Origin: Vicugna vicugna
Lineage: Eukaryota
Assembly (NCBI GenBank): GCA_013265495.1
Contig: MU057809.1
Coordinates: 684,001-748,000 of the forward strand
Length of the DNA stretch: 64,000 bases
Direction of reading: 5' to 3'
The notes under the pieces: model-generated
Seen by the model: the letters and a program-made list of their open reading frames with translations, nothing else
Database searches by the model: none
Told to the model about the DNA's origin: nothing
Position numbers and translations under genes: made by a program
Part shown: in pieces, positions 61,023-64,000 of the stretch
How positions within the stretch are numbered: position 1 is the stretch's first letter
How the letters are laid out: every line of letters starts with the position of its first letter

Positions 61023-62779
61023 ATGATCCTTCACACCTAGTGGGCTAGTGAGGAGACTCAGGCTGTAAACTGACTTGCCAAGGTCACATGCTCGTTACAC
61101 TAGCCAGGCCGTGGCCCAAGGCTTCTGTTTCCTGACTTGGTTCCCTCCTGCGTGGCCGGTGATGCTGGTCTGGAATGCGGTGCCCTCCCCCGGGAGAGCC
61201 CTGCCTGGAGGGGAGCAGTTCTGGCGCCTGGGCTGTGCCTGCTGGAGGTCAAGGCTGTCGGGGGGTTGGGCGCACTGTGCTGTTCCTGTTCTTACCAATA
61301 CGCGTATCCCAGAGCTTCCAGGGTTTCTGGGGGCCCGCCCAACCCCCAGGCCCAGCAGAGTGGAGCGGGCTGGAGACGCAGCGGTGACCACGGGCCCGGC
61401 CAGCCCGTCCTCCCAGGTTCCGTGTCAGCGCCTCCCCCCGCCCTTGGCCCTGCTCGTGTATCGCGGCCTCTGTTGTGTTACCAGCTCGGAGCGCGCACGG
61501 GGCCGGGACTCCTGAGATCTGGCCCGCGGGACCTTCTGAAAGCTGAGCCGGCTGTGGGCTGGCTGCCCCGATTTCCTCTCACTCCCCACCCCCCCGTCTC
61601 CACACAGTGGGAGCTGCCTCGGTGAGCCCGTGTCCTGCTCTTCGCCCGGACCCATGCTCTTCCTCTGCGTCCTGAGCTGAGGATGCGAAGCTCATGACCC
61701 CCACCGGGAGGAATCCACCAGCCTGGGCTTCTCAGACGGGCCGGGTCATTGGCGGGCCCTGACCCAAAGGTAAGGGACGTCCTTGCCCATGGGCTGTCCC
61801 AGCATGGGCGGCGGGGACAATGCATACGACCTGGGAGACAGGTGTGCCAGGTCATGGGTCAGGCCTAGAACGGCGGGGCCAGGTTTGGGTATCCCGCAGA
61901 AGCAGACGTCCCGTAGGGACTGACTCCTGTTAGAGGTGCTGCCCTCCTGCGGAGAGGGGTGGACGGAGGCGGCAGGGGCCCTCGGGTTTGACAAGAGGAA
62001 CTGGGGTTTGGGGGCGCCCAGGAGCGGTCTACGTGGATTGTGGCCGTCCAGTATCCTCCCCTGATGAGTCAGGGGGTGCTCTGTGGGCTAAAAGGTTTTG
62101 TCTCCGACTCCTTTATGGGAATAGATGCGGTACCATGAGTTGGAGTCTGTAACGTGGTGTGTTAATGTCAACTCAGTATATATTTGAAGACAGACTCTTA
62201 TATGGAAAAAACCACCTAAGGTGATGAATTGAGCACCTGAGTGGGTGAGGTGGGTCGGGGCTGCCATCCCAGTGGCCAGGCGTCCAGCGGCCAGCTGTGC
62301 CGTGTCTGCTGGGAGGCTCACCTCCGGCTGGAAGGTGCCTGGACGAGCTGTCTTCCTTTGGACGCTCAGAAATCTCAAGCGTGCCCTCTCTTGTTGACTG
62401 TGTCTTGGGTCTCTCCGGGCCGCAGGAGCCTCACGTGGTTCTGGGGTGCTGACTCAGCAGGTTTCAAACTCGGCTCCTGTGCGGCTGGTGTTTGGTGGGG
62501 GTTGCTTTGTGGTAGAGCTGGGTTGCAGTGCTTCATGTCACCAGCAGGAGGTGCTGATGGTGAAGGACACATTGAAAAGCGGATTTTAGGTTTGCAGGTT
62601 TCCCGGTGGATTTCTGGCCGCCGTATTTCTATAGACTGGGCTTATTTGAAGCGATCGTGACACGCTCTCCCAGCTCTCGTGAAAGGAAGCACTGGGAATG
62701 TGTGAGGCTCCCCAGACTTCCCTGTGGCTTTGAAGTGAGGCTCCTGGGAGGCGACTCCGGAGGGAGCTGAGGGTGGAGG

Positions 62780-63075
62780 GGAGCCCGCTGGGGAAGAGGC
62801 AGCAGGGTTCTGGGCAGAGGGACCAGCCTGAGCCGAAGCCTCGAGGGTGGAGAGGCTTAGCCCGTGTGAGAGTCAGAGCACAGTCAGGGGCAGCTGGAGC
62901 TGGTGGGCGAGGTGAGAGCTGGACAGGGGCCAGATCATGGGGTTGAGCTGCCGGGTCATTCCTCCGTCAGTCATCCTGCAGGCATCCGTCAGGTGCCTGC
63001 CGTTTGTCAGACTCTGGGCGTGGTGGCGCTAGAGACCCCTGTCCCTCCAGGAGCCGCCAAGTCTAGCAGGTTGGG
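62780..63075 (-). mobile_element. L2 fragments
   Basis: gttctgggcagagggaccagcctgagccgaagcctcgagg...gggccagatcatgggg. Confidence 0.5.
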
Positions 63076-63639
63076 AGGGCACAAGGGTGTCCTGTTCATG
63101 CTGTGTTGTGGCCCCATCTCTTTCGGGGGTGACATCATCGAGGCGGTGGGGGGCAGGGTTCTGAGCCCATCACAACCACCAGATCCATGTGACAGTGACA
63201 CAGTGGGCCTCAGTTTCCCACATGAAACATGATGGTGTCCCCAAGGATTTGTTGGGAAGAGGGGACAGTCTGGGTAGGGGTGAGCTCTGACCACACAGCA
63301 GCCTGAGACCCCCATGGCTGTCCAGACTGAGGCCCACACAGCAGTGGAGCATGACACAAGTGGTGGACAGGACACCTCAGAGGCCAGGGCTGCAGGGGAG
63401 CGTGGACACTTAGGGCCGGGCTGGGTGGACTCAGTGGTGCTGACCTCAGGCCACCGGCATGGCCCTGAGGGTCAGGACAGTGAAGGACAGCCGGGGCTCG
63501 ACTGAGGTCCTGGTAGCAGCTCAGTCCTTCCCCATCCTGTGCCTCTGCTCATCCTGTGCTAGAGTACCCTCTCTCCAAAGTTGTCTGTCTTTGGAGTGAC
63601 TTTGGTGTAGGACAGACCCCCCTCCGCTGAATGTTGGAT

Positions 63640-63790
63640 GTAGAATGCTGGAAAGGTCATTACTATCTCTGGCCTCGCATTCTTTTATCTGTGAAATGGA
63701 GAGGATGACCTCTCCCGTAAGGCGAGCATTCAGTGGGATGTGTGCATGGCCTGGCGCGCAGCAGGCACTCAGGAAACAGGAGTGGGTGTT
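63640..63790 (+). mobile_element. MIR
   Basis: ctctctggcctcgcattcttttatctgtgaaatggagaggatga...cctggcgcgcagcaggcactcag. Confidence 0.65.
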
Positions 63791-64000
63791 GCCCCCTCCT
63801 AAGCATGAAATGGCAGTGCCCCTAGCCCATCACCTTAGATAAACGCCAGTTCTTTCCATCCCTCCGGAGGTGCCCGCCCTCCCAGCCCAGGTCAAGTGCA
63901 GGCTCACCCCTGCGAGTCCGGGATCCCCACAGCCGGCAGCACCTCCCCCGTGGCCCCCGTGGCCCCCGTGGCCCGTGCGTCTGCCTCCGTGCTCACCCCA

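Noticed and set aside
63945..63975. (CCCCCGTGG)3 repeat
   Set aside because: Trivial short slippage repeat at the window edge

Overview
GC-rich mammalian genomic DNA, most likely camelid: it has three tRNA-derived SINEs of the camelid Vic-1 type, and I saw no Alu, B1 or Bov-A/B copies. I can support no protein-coding exon. The long ORFs in the track are GC-rich or low-complexity artefacts, or decayed L1 ORF1/ORF2 remnants. The window reads as about 26 kb of upstream intergenic DNA, then two CpG islands (~26.5-28.8 kb and ~31.4-33.1 kb), then about 31 kb that looks like a large first intron. Each island has a strong + strand 5' splice donor (after 28298 and after 32449), suggesting two alternative non-coding first exons of a large gene I cannot name. 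Repeats are old L1 fragments (one ~4.7 kb piece covering ORF1 and part of ORF2), MLT1 LTRs, MIR, L2 and simple repeats. The most notable observations are: AT-rich, motif-dense candidate enhancers (twin ATGAATATTCAT palindromes 21 bp apart, double octamer plus C/EBP, RFX X-box plus CRE); an L1 with a twin-priming 5' inversion; a nested cluster of SINEs including an inverted pair; and patchy, extreme AT-to-GC drift of old repeats suggestive of GC-biased gene conversion. I found no evidence for a novel protein-coding system. Repeat boundaries are approximate, and all comparisons to repeat consensuses are from memory.
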